From assembly GCA_963841915.1 (NCBI GenBank), contig CAWJEN010000005.1:736001-800000 (forward strand): DNA of 64,000 nt, in the 5' to 3' direction. The notes below the pieces were generated by a model that was given only the letters and a program-made list of their open reading frames with translations, ran no database searches and was not told the DNA's origin. Made by a program: the position numbers and the translations under genes. This stretch comes from an uncultured Planctomycetota bacterium (lineage in GTDB: Bacteria; Planctomycetota; Phycisphaerae; Tepidisphaerales; Tepidisphaeraceae). Position 1 is the first letter of the stretch. Every line of letters starts with the position of its first letter. Below are positions 27,213-36,058 of the stretch, in pieces.

Positions 27213-28057
27213 AGCCACTATCGCAGCCATCGCATAGGCCAGGAGCAGCACCACGACGACTACAGGTCCGGGTGGCAACGTACGTCCGACGCTGAGACCG
27301 ACCGCGACAGCCGTCGCGGCGACGAGCAGGCTCGTGAGCAACACACCGCCGAGCTGTGCGCGATGCGAACGCCGGTCGCACCTGGGATGACGAGCAACGC
27401 CGTCACCAGAATGACGCCGACGAGTCTTGACGCCAATGCTGCCGCTGCGGCGACGGCGACGAGCAGACCCAGTCGCGTGACAGTCGTGTTGATGCCTTGC
27501 AAACGGGCCGACGTGGGATCGATGCACCAGGCCAACACGTCACGCCGCCAGCAGATGAGGCCGACGACCACAGATGTCGCCAGGAGACCCGCGGCGACGG
27601 CTTCGATCACGCCGTTGGCTCCAATCGAAAGCCCGCCAAAGAGCAAGGCGTTGCCTCGGACGGGCGCAGCGTTGAATTGAGCTTCGTAGGCAGTTTGAGC
27701 GAGCAGACCGAGCGCGAGCGTGCCGACGAGGAACAGGCCGACGAAGACGTCGAAGCCTGGTTGCTTGGCGCGGTCGCGGTCGTCGACGGCTTCGTTACCG
27801 GTGGCAAGGCCGATGCCCAGCGCAACGGCCAGTGCCGCCAGCACGACGCCCGCTGCGGTGGCCTGGCTGGTTCTCAAGAAGGTCAGCCCAGGCAGCAGGC
27901 TGGCCAGAAGCCAAATAACACCCGCGCCACCGAAGCCGCTGTGGCCGATGGCTTCGCCGAGGAAGGCCCATTTGCGTTGGACGATGAGGGGCGAGACGAC
28001 GCCGCTCGCGATCGCCGCGGCCAAGGCGGCCAGCCAGTCGGTCCACGCGTATGTCAC
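27198..28057 (-). pseudogene. Metal (Zn/Mn) ABC transporter permease, frameshifted near 27351-27360
   Basis: ABC-3 motifs (FLGEAIGHS, DPTSARLQG, VGVILVTALLVIPGAT) are in the 27260..28057 frame. The last two TM helices with the LPPGPVVV motif are in the 27198..27527 frame. Confidence 0.8.
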
Positions 28058-28089
28058 GGCCGCAGCCTACGGCAGGGTGCGCAACGGAA

Positions 28090-28121
28090 GTCGCCCCGAA
28101 GTTGTGAGGCTTCGGAGCGAC
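28090..28121 (-). terminator. Terminator-like hairpin downstream of flagellin
   Basis: Stem gtcgccccgaag/cttcggagcgac, 30 bp after the fliC stop. Confidence 0.55.
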
Positions 28122-28150
28122 GAAAGGGGATACAGCTTCAAGCGTCAGCT

Positions 28151-29557
28151 TTAGCCGAGCAGCGAGAGAACCCGCTGGGGCTGCTGGTTGGCCTGCGACA
28201 GAACCGTCGTCGAGGCCTGGGCCAGAATCTGGCCACGGGTCAGAGCGGCGGTTTCGACGGCGAAGTCGGCGTCGCGGATCGCACTCTCGGCCGCCGAAGC
28301 GTTCTCGAATGCAACACCGAGCTGGTTCACGGTCGAACCGATGACGAACTTCTGGAAGCTGCCGAGGCGGCCGCGAGCCTGGGAGACCTGCTTGACGGCG
28401 GCGTCGAGCGACTCCTGGGCCTTCGTGAAGTTACCGCTGGTGAGTGAGTTTGCACCACCGGAGGCGAGGCTCGAGAGGAACTGACCGTCGAGGCCGAGGC
28501 TGCCGGTGGAGACGCTGTTGATGCCGATCGAAGCCTTGTCGCTCTCGGTCGCCTTGGAGCCGAGGCTGAAGGTCGCACCACCGTCGGTGATGTCGAACTG
28601 CTTGCTGGCACCGGCAACGTTGACCGACGCGTCGTCGCTGAGGTCGAACTCGACGTCGAGGTTGGCCGAACGGAACGACACGCTGAGGCCGTCGACGCTG
28701 GCGGCGGCACCGTTGACGGTGACAGCCGCATCAACACCCGAGTCCTTGCCATCGGCGATGCCGCTGGTGCCGGAGATGGTCTTGACGCTGACGAACTCGC
28801 CCGAGCCGTACGCGGTGCTCGTGAGGTTGAGCACGGCACCGCTGACGGTGGCCTCGACACCGGTGACGTTCGTCAGAGCGTTAACAGCGGCGGCGATGCC
28901 GGCGTTGTCGGTGCTGCTGAGGAACGACAGCTGCTCGGTGCCCTTCTCACCACCGATTTCAATGGTGAAGTTGCTGGCGTGGGCGGCGGCCGACGTGTAA
29001 GCGACCTTGCCGACCTCGGCGCTGGCGGTCACGGCGACAGTGACGCTCTGGGCTGCACCGTCGGCGAGGCGAGCACTGTTGATGCTGAGGTTGCTGACGG
29101 CCGAGAGGTTGGCACCGCTCGTCTGGTAGCCGTAGCCACCGTCGAGCAGCTTCTGGCCCTGGAAGTTGACGCTGCCCGACAGACGGTTGACCGTGCTGAG
29201 GATGGCGTCGACCTGAAGCTGGTTGGCCTCGAGCTCTTCGTCGCTGAGGCCGCCGGAGTTGGCGGTCTCGGTGACGAGGCCCTGCAGCTCGTTGAGCAGG
29301 TTGCTGACTTCCGCCAGGCCACCCTCGGCCGTGGCGATCATGTTGCCGGCCCGCTCAGCGTTGCTGAGGGCGGCGGTGATGCCGGTCTTCTCGGCCCGCA
29401 GGTTCTCGCTGGCGATCAGGCCGGCCGGGTTGTCGGCACCGCTGTTGATCTTGAGGCCAGTGCTCAGCCGCTCGAGCGACTTGTTGAGCATCGAGTTGTT
29501 CTTCGCGAGGACGCGCTGGGCGACGAGCGAGTTGACGTTGGTGTTGATACGCGACAT
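28151..29557 (-). CDS. fliC: Flagellin
   Basis: MSRINTNVNSL, SLERLSTGLKINSGADNPAGL, and C-terminal AESAIRDADFA.E...QANQQPQRVLSLL. Confidence 0.97.
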   Translation of the reverse strand: MSRINTNVNSLVAQRVLAKNNSMLNKSLERLSTGLKINSGADNPAGLIASENLRAEKTGITAALSNAERAGNMIATAEGGLAEVSNLLNELQGLVTETANSGGLSDEELEANQLQVDAILSTVNRLSGSVNFQGQKLLDGGYGYQTSGANLSAVSNLSINSARLADGAAQSVTVAVTASAEVGKVAYTSAAAHASNFTIEIGGEKGTEQLSFLSSTDNAGIAAAVNALTNVTGVEATVSGAVLNLTSTAYGSGEFVSVKTISGTSGIADGKDSGVDAAVTVNGAAASVDGLSVSFRSANLDVEFDLSDDASVNVAGASKQFDITDGGATFSLGSKATESDKASIGINSVSTGSLGLDGQFLSSLASGGANSLTSGNFTKAQESLDAAVKQVSQARGRLGSFQKFVIGSTVNQLGVAFENASAAESAIRDADFAVETAALTRGQILAQASTTVLSQANQQPQRVLSLLG

Positions 29558-29566
29558 GGCGTGTGG

Positions 29567-29590
29567 GTCCTTCCGTGGTCCTATCCGTGG
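29567..29590 (-). promoter_or_regulatory. Putative CsrA-binding GGA cluster overlapping the fliC ribosome-binding site
   Basis: Minus strand reads ccACGGAtAGGAccACGGAAGGAcccacacgccATG. Confidence 0.65.
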
Positions 29591-29919
29591 TGGTCGACGC
29601 CCTGCCTTGAGGCAAAGCGGTGCGACCTCGAGTCGCCGGCGACGTTGCCGAACGACCCGCTCCGTTGCACAGCCCCGACGCGTCGAGACCGACAAGATGC
29701 ACCCGCTGGTGAAGTGGCCGCTGCGACACGGCTGCTTCGGGGTGATGTCTTGTCGGTGGTCACCGTCGCATCATGCGAGGGTGACCCTTCGACGCAGCCT
29801 TGAGTGGGGCTGCTTGCAGTCAGTTGCCGACTGCGGGGTTCATAGTCAGGCGTGGCCAACGCGGCCTTGCATGACTTGTCCTGCCCAACTCATCGGACCG
29901 GCAGCAGGCCATGCTGAAC

Positions 29920-29970
29920 AAAAACACGCCCGCCGCGGTCGTCCGAGAATGGACAGACCGCGGCGGGCGT
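29920..29970 (-). terminator. Rho-independent terminator downstream of csrA
   Basis: Long GC stem acgcccgccgcggtc...gaccgcggcgggcgt followed by a T-run on the minus strand. Confidence 0.75.
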
Positions 29971-30026
29971 TATCGGGGCAGGATCAGGGGCACGTAAAGC
30001 TGCCCTGTTGCTTCTATAGGTTGGAC

Positions 30027-30416
30027 CTACTCGTCGGCGTGGGGCGGCGGTGGCGCGGGTGGTCCACCGACCGTGTCATTGTCAGGCGGCACAGGTGACG
30101 CCGCCGCACGCGGACGCGGCTTAGGGTTGCGATTTCCCGGGCCTGCACGGCCTGGTGTCACGACACGCACCGTCGGGCGGTTGCCCTGTTGCGTCTCGGC
30201 GGCCTGGGGTGAGCGGACCACTTCACCCGGCTGCACCTGGGCGGCGGCCTGGTTTTCACGCTTGATCGCCTCGTAGACCTCTTTGCGGTGGACGGTGACT
30301 TCGCGCGGCGCGTTGATGCCGAGCCTGACTTTGTCACCGCGTATGTCGATGATGGTCACTTCGACCTCATCACCGATCATGATGGTTTCGTTGCGCTGTC
30401 GGGAGAGAACCAACAT
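30027..30416 (-). CDS. csrA: Carbon storage regulator CsrA with a long P/R-rich C-terminal tail
   Basis: [16 protein letters not shown]...[32 protein letters not shown]. Confidence 0.96.
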   Translation of the reverse strand: MLVLSRQRNETIMIGDEVEVTIIDIRGDKVRLGINAPREVTVHRKEVYEAIKRENQAAAQVQPGEVVRSPQAAETQQGNRPTVRVVTPGRAGPGNRNPKPRPRAAASPVPPDNDTVGGPPAPPPPHADE

Positions 30417-30677
30417 GTTGGGCGACCTTCCGTGTGTGCCGGCTGCGTCCGTGCTGCCGGGCGTGATGTAAGTCGCAGTGCCTTTTGCGGCGTCTGCGAC
30501 CTGGCGTCCTTGCCTTTTTTGGCGGCTGCCGGGGCCCCTTGCCCAAGCCGATCCACCGCCTGCCGCCCGAGCGGCCCGACATTTTCCCCACGAAGCTAAG
30601 ATCTAAACGCCTCTGCGTCGATCCAGGTTCGGAGTTTGGCCGGGATTCTCGTCCCGACCAAAGAATCTTTGTAACGC

Positions 30678-31301
30678 TTACGCCGTTTTGCGGAGCGGTT
30701 GCTCGTTCGTCGACGCCGGCTCGATCCGCCCTGCCGTCGCGTGACCGGCCGTTGCAGCCAGTCGCAGCAGCGGCTGACGCGTTCCCCAGCGACGCTCTGT
30801 CAGGACGATCTGCTTGGCGGCAAAGGTCTCGCCGTTGATGACGAGCGGGCCCAGCAGATTGCCCGTCAGCCAGTCACCGACGCGGTTGCAGATGACCAGC
30901 ACCTGGGCCGCCTCGGGAATCGACCCGGTCTCGGCAAAGCCAAGCTCCTGGCGACACTCGCTGCGAAGCGGAATCGAGTCGGGGCCGTAGTCGGCGAACT
31001 CGGGGAGGAAGCCGCTGGGATCACAGACGACAAAGGCCAGACGAGGATCGTCAGCACTCTGAAGCCAGAAGAAGCAGTCGGCGGCTTCTTCACCGGCGAC
31101 GCCGGCTTCGCCAATGGTGCTCTCGGCGTCGGTCTGGATCAGAGCAAAGCGTTTGGCCGTCGGAAAGCCAAGCAGCCCGGAGGCGAAATGGATCACGCGG
31201 TCGGCGGCAATGTCGATCGGGCCGAAACGGGTCGTTTCGATCTGAAGGTTCTGCGCGTCGCTATTGGCGGCGTCGCCGGCGGTGGTGTTGGTCTCTTGCA
31301 T
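30678..31301 (-). CDS. fliW: Flagellar assembly factor FliW (CsrA antagonist)
   Basis: IETTRFG, I.F.SGLLGF, FFWLQSADDPRLAFVVCDP, TGNLLGPLVIN...AKQIVL. Confidence 0.92.
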   Translation of the reverse strand: MQETNTTAGDAANSDAQNLQIETTRFGPIDIAADRVIHFASGLLGFPTAKRFALIQTDAESTIGEAGVAGEEAADCFFWLQSADDPRLAFVVCDPSGFLPEFADYGPDSIPLRSECRQELGFAETGSIPEAAQVLVICNRVGDWLTGNLLGPLVINGETFAAKQIVLTERRWGTRQPLLRLAATAGHATAGRIEPASTNEQPLRKTA

Positions 31302-31411
31302 GGCGTCCGTGGGGTGCGAATGCGTCCTTGCTTGTGCGTCCGTCGATCCGTCGAGGGACGCGTTGATGGGTGGGTCCGTGGCCGCATTGTGCGGCGTCGG
31401 CTCTACCGTTG

Positions 31412-31419
31412 TTATCGGC
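31412..31419 (-). promoter_or_regulatory. Sigma-28-type -10 element (GCCGATAA) upstream of fliW
   Basis: Exact match to the FliA -10 consensus. No canonical TAAA -35. Confidence 0.5.
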
Positions 31420-31509
31420 ATCTGTGGCTGACAAGCATCAACAGAAGTCCGATCATTCGCCCCTTTTCAGTGCTGTTGAGGCCGATCGAGCTCCTTTTAT
31501 CACTTCGTG

Positions 31510-33393
31510 CTACCGCAGGTAGTCGAACAACGACTGTCCTAGCAGCCGACTCGTTGCCTGGAGCTGGGCCTGAAGGCTTGTCTGCAGCGACTGATACTCC
31601 GTGACAGCCTGGGCGTAGTCGATGTCTTCGATGCGACTGAGCAGCTCGAGCTGCACGACCTCGCCATCTGCCAGGCGGGTGCGACGTTGTTCAACTTCCT
31701 GCAGACGCCCGCCGACCTCGCCGCGGGTACTGATGGCTTGCTGTTCGCTCGCCTCGAGGCGTTCCAGCGCCTGCTGGGCTTCGGCGAAGTTGCCCAAGGT
31801 CAGCCCGCTGATGAGCGAGCGGAGGTGGCTGAACGGCCCATCGATGGCGACCGCGTTGACGTCGCGACCGGTGATGGTGTTGGCAGCAGCGGCGTTGTCG
31901 AGGCCTAGGTCGACGAGCGCTTGCGAGTCGCCCACGGTGCTGGCGGTGGTGACGTTTGTCAGCACAAAACCGGGTGCGGCAGGATCGAAGCTTGCCACGG
32001 TCGACGCACCGGCTGCTGCTGCTGCAGTGTTGATGGCGGCGATCACGTCGACCGCTGCTGCGGCCCCGCTTAAATCGACCTCGAACGACACATTCGCCGG
32101 GTCAACGAACCGCAGGTCGGCTCCGTTGCCGTCGAGTCGAACGCCGCGACCACCATTGAACTCCGAAAGCGCGTCCTGCTCAGTGAACGTGAGCCAGCCG
32201 AGTTGCTCAGCCGCGGTGCCGCTCGTGTCGCTGACGGTCATCGCTGTGCCTTGCACGGCATTGCGAAGCAGAAGGCGCGTTCCGTCGTCGCTGATGGTGG
32301 CATCGACCCCGACGCCGCTGGCGTTGACGACATTGAGTAAGTCTTCGACCGTCGTGAGGCCGCTTGTGTCGATCGTGGTAGCGGTCGCTCCGTTGTTGAT
32401 CGTGAAGGTTCCAGTCGGCGTGCCGGCACCGCCGTTGAGGTCTGCCAGCGGCGTTTGAGGTGTGATGGTGCGGTCGAGCCCTGCACCGGCGACGGTGGCC
32501 GAGGGCGTGGTCTGCACGAGGCCCAGGTCTGCGGCGGTTGCCTGGCCCAATTCGCCGACGGTGACGCTTCCGCCGTTGATGGTGATGTTGCCGGGCGTAG
32601 CGGAGAGGCTCGTCGTCACGCCGATACCGCTGGCGTCGATGCGACTCATGATGTCGCCCACCGTGTCGGCATCCGACAGGTCGACAATCGCCGTCGCGCC
32701 GGCATTGGTGATGCGGATGCTGCCCCGCTCGACGCCTTGACCCCGCGCGCCGGCCAGCTCGCTCAGACGCGTGGCGGCTGTAACGACGGGATCCAAATCG
32801 GCCGTCCCGACGCGCCGCGAGTTGCCACCGAAGACGTCGCTGGGCTTAGCCAGGAAGTCGATGCCTCGGCCGGTGCCGTCGATGCGACCGGCCGGCGCGT
32901 CGTCCCCGCCGTTGAATCGAATGCCCCCCGCTGCTGCGGTGAATGGCTCCGTGGTGCCGTTGTCACCGCCGAACAGTGCGATGCCGCCCTCGACCGTGTT
33001 GGCAATGGCGAGCATCTGCCGTTCGAGCGTGCGCAGCACGGTGGCCGCGCCGTCGCGCTCGTCCTGTGTCGCTTGGTCACCCGTGTTGGCCAGGCCGATC
33101 TGCCGGGCCTCACGAATGAGTTCCGTCAGTTCACCCAGCGCGTTGTCGGTTCGCGACAACATGCGGTCGGCGTGGGCGAGGCTGCGGTCGTAGCCGACGT
33201 CGAGCTCGAGGTTCCGCCGGATCTGCAGCGACGCACCTGCGTCGCCGGGAGCGTCGCTCGGGCGAATGACCTGCTTACCGGTCGACAGTCGCTCGCTGGC
33301 CTGGGCCAGGGCCACCTGTGTGCGGCCGATCTGGTTGGCGCTGCCGACGCTGCGTTGGAGCTCGCCGACGCGTGCTGTGGGGGTGATGTTCAT
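31510..33393 (-). CDS. flgL: Flagellar hook-associated protein 3
   Basis: RLSTGKQVIRPSDAP N-terminus and LSRIEDIDYAQA...SLFDYLR C-terminus; follows flgK. Confidence 0.9.
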   Translation of the reverse strand: MNITPTARVGELQRSVGSANQIGRTQVALAQASERLSTGKQVIRPSDAPGDAGASLQIRRNLELDVGYDRSLAHADRMLSRTDNALGELTELIREARQIGLANTGDQATQDERDGAATVLRTLERQMLAIANTVEGGIALFGGDNGTTEPFTAAAGGIRFNGGDDAPAGRIDGTGRGIDFLAKPSDVFGGNSRRVGTADLDPVVTAATRLSELAGARGQGVERGSIRITNAGATAIVDLSDADTVGDIMSRIDASGIGVTTSLSATPGNITINGGSVTVGELGQATAADLGLVQTTPSATVAGAGLDRTITPQTPLADLNGGAGTPTGTFTINNGATATTIDTSGLTTVEDLLNVVNASGVGVDATISDDGTRLLLRNAVQGTAMTVSDTSGTAAEQLGWLTFTEQDALSEFNGGRGVRLDGNGADLRFVDPANVSFEVDLSGAAAAVDVIAAINTAAAAAGASTVASFDPAAPGFVLTNVTTASTVGDSQALVDLGLDNAAAANTITGRDVNAVAIDGPFSHLRSLISGLTLGNFAEAQQALERLEASEQQAISTRGEVGGRLQEVEQRRTRLADGEVVQLELLSRIEDIDYAQAVTEYQSLQTSLQAQLQATSRLLGQSLFDYLR

Positions 33394-33418
33394 CAAGTCT
33401 TCCTTACGTTGTCGAGTT

Positions 33419-35122
33419 TCAGACGAGCTGCAGCAGGGTCTGCATCATCTCATCAACGGCTGCGATCAGGCGGGCGGCACCTTGGTAGCTGCGCTGGTAC
33501 TGCAGCAGCGCGACGGCCTCTTCATCAAGGCTCACGCCGCTCAATGCCTGCCGCTGGGCGACGAGCGTGTCGGCGATTGCGCCGCTGGCATCTGCGTCGT
33601 TCTGAGCCGATCGCACGCCCGACGCGACTTCGAAGACGGTCGCTTCGTACGCCGTGTTGATCGTCGCGCCGCCGAGGGCGCCGAGCGATTTGTCGGCCAG
33701 TCCTGCGACCGCCAAAGCCAGGCCGTTACCGCCGGGCGTGTTGTCGTTGCTGGCGGCGAGACGGTTGGGCTCGCTCAGCAGGTCTTGCCGCACAGCCATG
33801 TCGGTCGCGCCGCGACCGGTAAAGAAGCCGCCGATGCCGAGCGTCGGTAACAGCTTGGCCGAGTCGTCGCCAAACGTCAGCTCCTGGGCCGACGAGTCAG
33901 CCGAGATGGTCAATTTGCCACCGGTCGAGATGCTCGCGCTGACGCCGTTGATGGTGTCGAGCTGCGTGGCCACGTCGTCCAGCGACGTGCCCGCTGCGGT
34001 GCCGTCGAGGTTGATGTCAATGATCGTGCTCGTCACGCTGCCGCTGGCCCGGTCGCGCAGGTGAACCACGAACGAGCCGTTCTGCGGCGGATAATCAAGT
34101 TTTGTCAGCGGATTGTCGAGTGGCACGCTTGTGTCGTCGACGGTTGCATCGGCTGTGACACTGTCGTACCCGCGGATCGGCTGCCCGCCTGCGTGCAGGC
34201 TGTTGAGCTCGAACTTCATCGTATCTGCCAAGGCGTCGATGCGGTCGAGCGTGTCGTTGATGGTCGTCCGAGCTTCAATGGCACCACTGAGCTTGCCGCC
34301 GCGCGCCGGGATCGGCCCACCACCATCGCCGAAAACGGCTTGAAACGTCGGCCGTCCGGACGCGTCGATACGCTGCTCCAGCTCCAGGCCGCGAGCCGTT
34401 CCTGCCAGCACGAGCGGTTCGCTGCCGGCATAGACGTTCATCGTGCCGTCGGGCTGCTCGATGCTGTGAACGCGGACGATCTGCGACAGGTCACCGATGA
34501 GCCCGTCGCGGCGATCGCGCAGGGCGTTGGCCGTTCCGCCGGTCGCGCCTTCGCCCTGGGCGATCTGCACGTTCAGGTCGGCAATCTCTTTGGCGATGCG
34601 GTCACCCTCGGTCGCGTACCCGCCGATGCGTTCGCCTGCGTCAACACTGAGTCGCGAAAGCCGGCCGTGCAGGTCGTTGAACCCTCCGGCCAACCGCTGG
34701 CCTTCGCTCAGCACGTTGCGGCGGAGCGAAGCGTCGGCCGGATTGTCGGCAAGGGCTCCCCAGGAATTGAAGAAGTCGGTCAGACCAGTCGACAGGTCGG
34801 CATCGCTGAGTTCGTTGAAAACGCTCTCGGCCTGGGTGAGCCAGTTAAGCTTCTCGTCGGCCGCCGAGCGTTCGCTGGTTGCGCTGTTCAGTCGGCGGAT
34901 GAGGGCGTCGTCGACCTGTCGCTCGACGCCGTCGAGTGTGACGCCGGTCCCGATGATGATGCCGTCACCGAGCGCGCGACCGTTGGCGGCGCTGGTGCGC
35001 ACGACCTGGCGGCTGTAGTTGGGATCGTTGACGCCGGCAATGTTGTTGCCATGCGTCTGGATCGCCGCCTGGTTGACGGTAAGGGCGGTACGGCCGACTT
35101 GTAGGGTGCCGGAAAGTGACAT
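33419..35122 (-). CDS. flgK: Flagellar hook-associated protein 1
   Basis: GNNIA..NDPNYSRQ, IGTGV, LRDRRD, SGVSLDEEAVALLQYQRSYQGAAR. Confidence 0.95.
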   Translation of the reverse strand: MSLSGTLQVGRTALTVNQAAIQTHGNNIAGVNDPNYSRQVVRTSAANGRALGDGIIIGTGVTLDGVERQVDDALIRRLNSATSERSAADEKLNWLTQAESVFNELSDADLSTGLTDFFNSWGALADNPADASLRRNVLSEGQRLAGGFNDLHGRLSRLSVDAGERIGGYATEGDRIAKEIADLNVQIAQGEGATGGTANALRDRRDGLIGDLSQIVRVHSIEQPDGTMNVYAGSEPLVLAGTARGLELEQRIDASGRPTFQAVFGDGGGPIPARGGKLSGAIEARTTINDTLDRIDALADTMKFELNSLHAGGQPIRGYDSVTADATVDDTSVPLDNPLTKLDYPPQNGSFVVHLRDRASGSVTSTIIDINLDGTAAGTSLDDVATQLDTINGVSASISTGGKLTISADSSAQELTFGDDSAKLLPTLGIGGFFTGRGATDMAVRQDLLSEPNRLAASNDNTPGGNGLALAVAGLADKSLGALGGATINTAYEATVFEVASGVRSAQNDADASGAIADTLVAQRQALSGVSLDEEAVALLQYQRSYQGAARLIAAVDEMMQTLLQLV

Positions 35123-35137
35123 GATTCAGGGGTTTCG

Positions 35138-35650
35138 TTAGCCGATCGCGCGGATGCGATGCGAGACGGGCGGAAGTTCGAAGCCGCCCTCGCGGCCGTA
35201 GAGGCAGGACTTGGTGACGAGTCGCAACGCACCGTTGACGTGGCCCAGCACGCCACCGGCAATGCGGGCACAGTGCCGGCCCAGATCGGCGGCGGCGATG
35301 GTGTGGGCGCGGAGCTCGTCACGCACCTGCAGCAACTGCTCGGCGTGGTCCGGGTAACCGCTCACCACCTCGACGAGCGGCGTGTCGGGCGCGAGCCCGA
35401 GCTGCCCCGCGGCCGTCGCGCCGTGCCGACGGCGGTCGCCTTCGAGCTTCAGCAGTCGCCGGTGGGCTGACTCCTGCCGATGCCCGATGCTCGCCATCGC
35501 CTTGACGTCGAGCCGTTTCATCGCCTCGACCTGCTCGCTCAGCGCGTCCCGCAGGTCGCACTGGGCGGCCGATAGCTTCGTCAGCGTCGCGAGCAACTGC
35601 TCGATCGCAGGGACTTGCGGCTTGGGGGTCTGGCGGGTGATGGTTTGCAT
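35138..35650 (-). CDS. flgN: Flagellar export chaperone FlgN
   Basis: Helical 170-aa protein with a C-terminal Y...G motif, immediately upstream of flgK. Confidence 0.7.
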   Translation of the reverse strand: MQTITRQTPKPQVPAIEQLLATLTKLSAAQCDLRDALSEQVEAMKRLDVKAMASIGHRQESAHRRLLKLEGDRRRHGATAAGQLGLAPDTPLVEVVSGYPDHAEQLLQVRDELRAHTIAAADLGRHCARIAGGVLGHVNGALRLVTKSCLYGREGGFELPPVSHRIRAIG

Positions 35651-35706
35651 TCAGCAGGTAAAGCGAGCGGGTACGACAGCTGCAAAACTCGGATGGAAAG
35701 CGCTGG

Positions 35707-35985
35707 CTAGACGTCGCCACCGGCGAGCTGCCGGACGATGGCGTCGGCAAGCTGGCCACCCGTACCGCGACCGGCGGCCTCAGACAGGTGACCGTCCATG
35801 AGCGACCCGAATGCGTTGCCCCCGCGGCCACCACTGAAAGGCGAGTCTTCAGAGGCCAGCGACGTATTGCGCGCCTCCTTGAGCATCGGGCCGAAGAACG
35901 ACTGGCCCACCCACTGGCGGACGACGGGGCGAAGCTGCTCGGCCTTGGACTGCGTCGGCTGGATCGTGCTGATGAAAGTGTTCAT
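35707..35985 (-). CDS. flgJ: Single-domain FlgJ-like rod-binding protein
   Basis: FFGPMLKEAR...FSGGRG..AF.SLMD..L......GG.LADAIVRQL. No muramidase domain. Confidence 0.75.
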   Translation of the reverse strand: MNTFISTIQPTQSKAEQLRPVVRQWVGQSFFGPMLKEARNTSLASEDSPFSGGRGGNAFGSLMDGHLSEAAGRGTGGQLADAIVRQLAGGDV

Positions 35986-36019
35986 GGCTGTCCTTGCTTA
36001 TCGGTCGTTTGTGGGGCAA

Positions 36020-36058
36020 TCCGCTTGCTCAGTCAGCGGTGAGTCTGCTTGCTCAGTC
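36020..36058. repeat. 24-bp-period direct repeat spanning the flgI stop codon
   Basis: tc(c/t)gcttgctcagtc at 36020-36034 and 36044-36058. Confidence 0.7.

Noticed and set aside
29591..30677. c-di-GMP-I/II riboswitch upstream of fliC or csrA
   Set aside because: I could not find the characteristic GCAAA/GNRA tetraloop-receptor arrangement by eye. The fliC leader is reported as an unknown structure instead.
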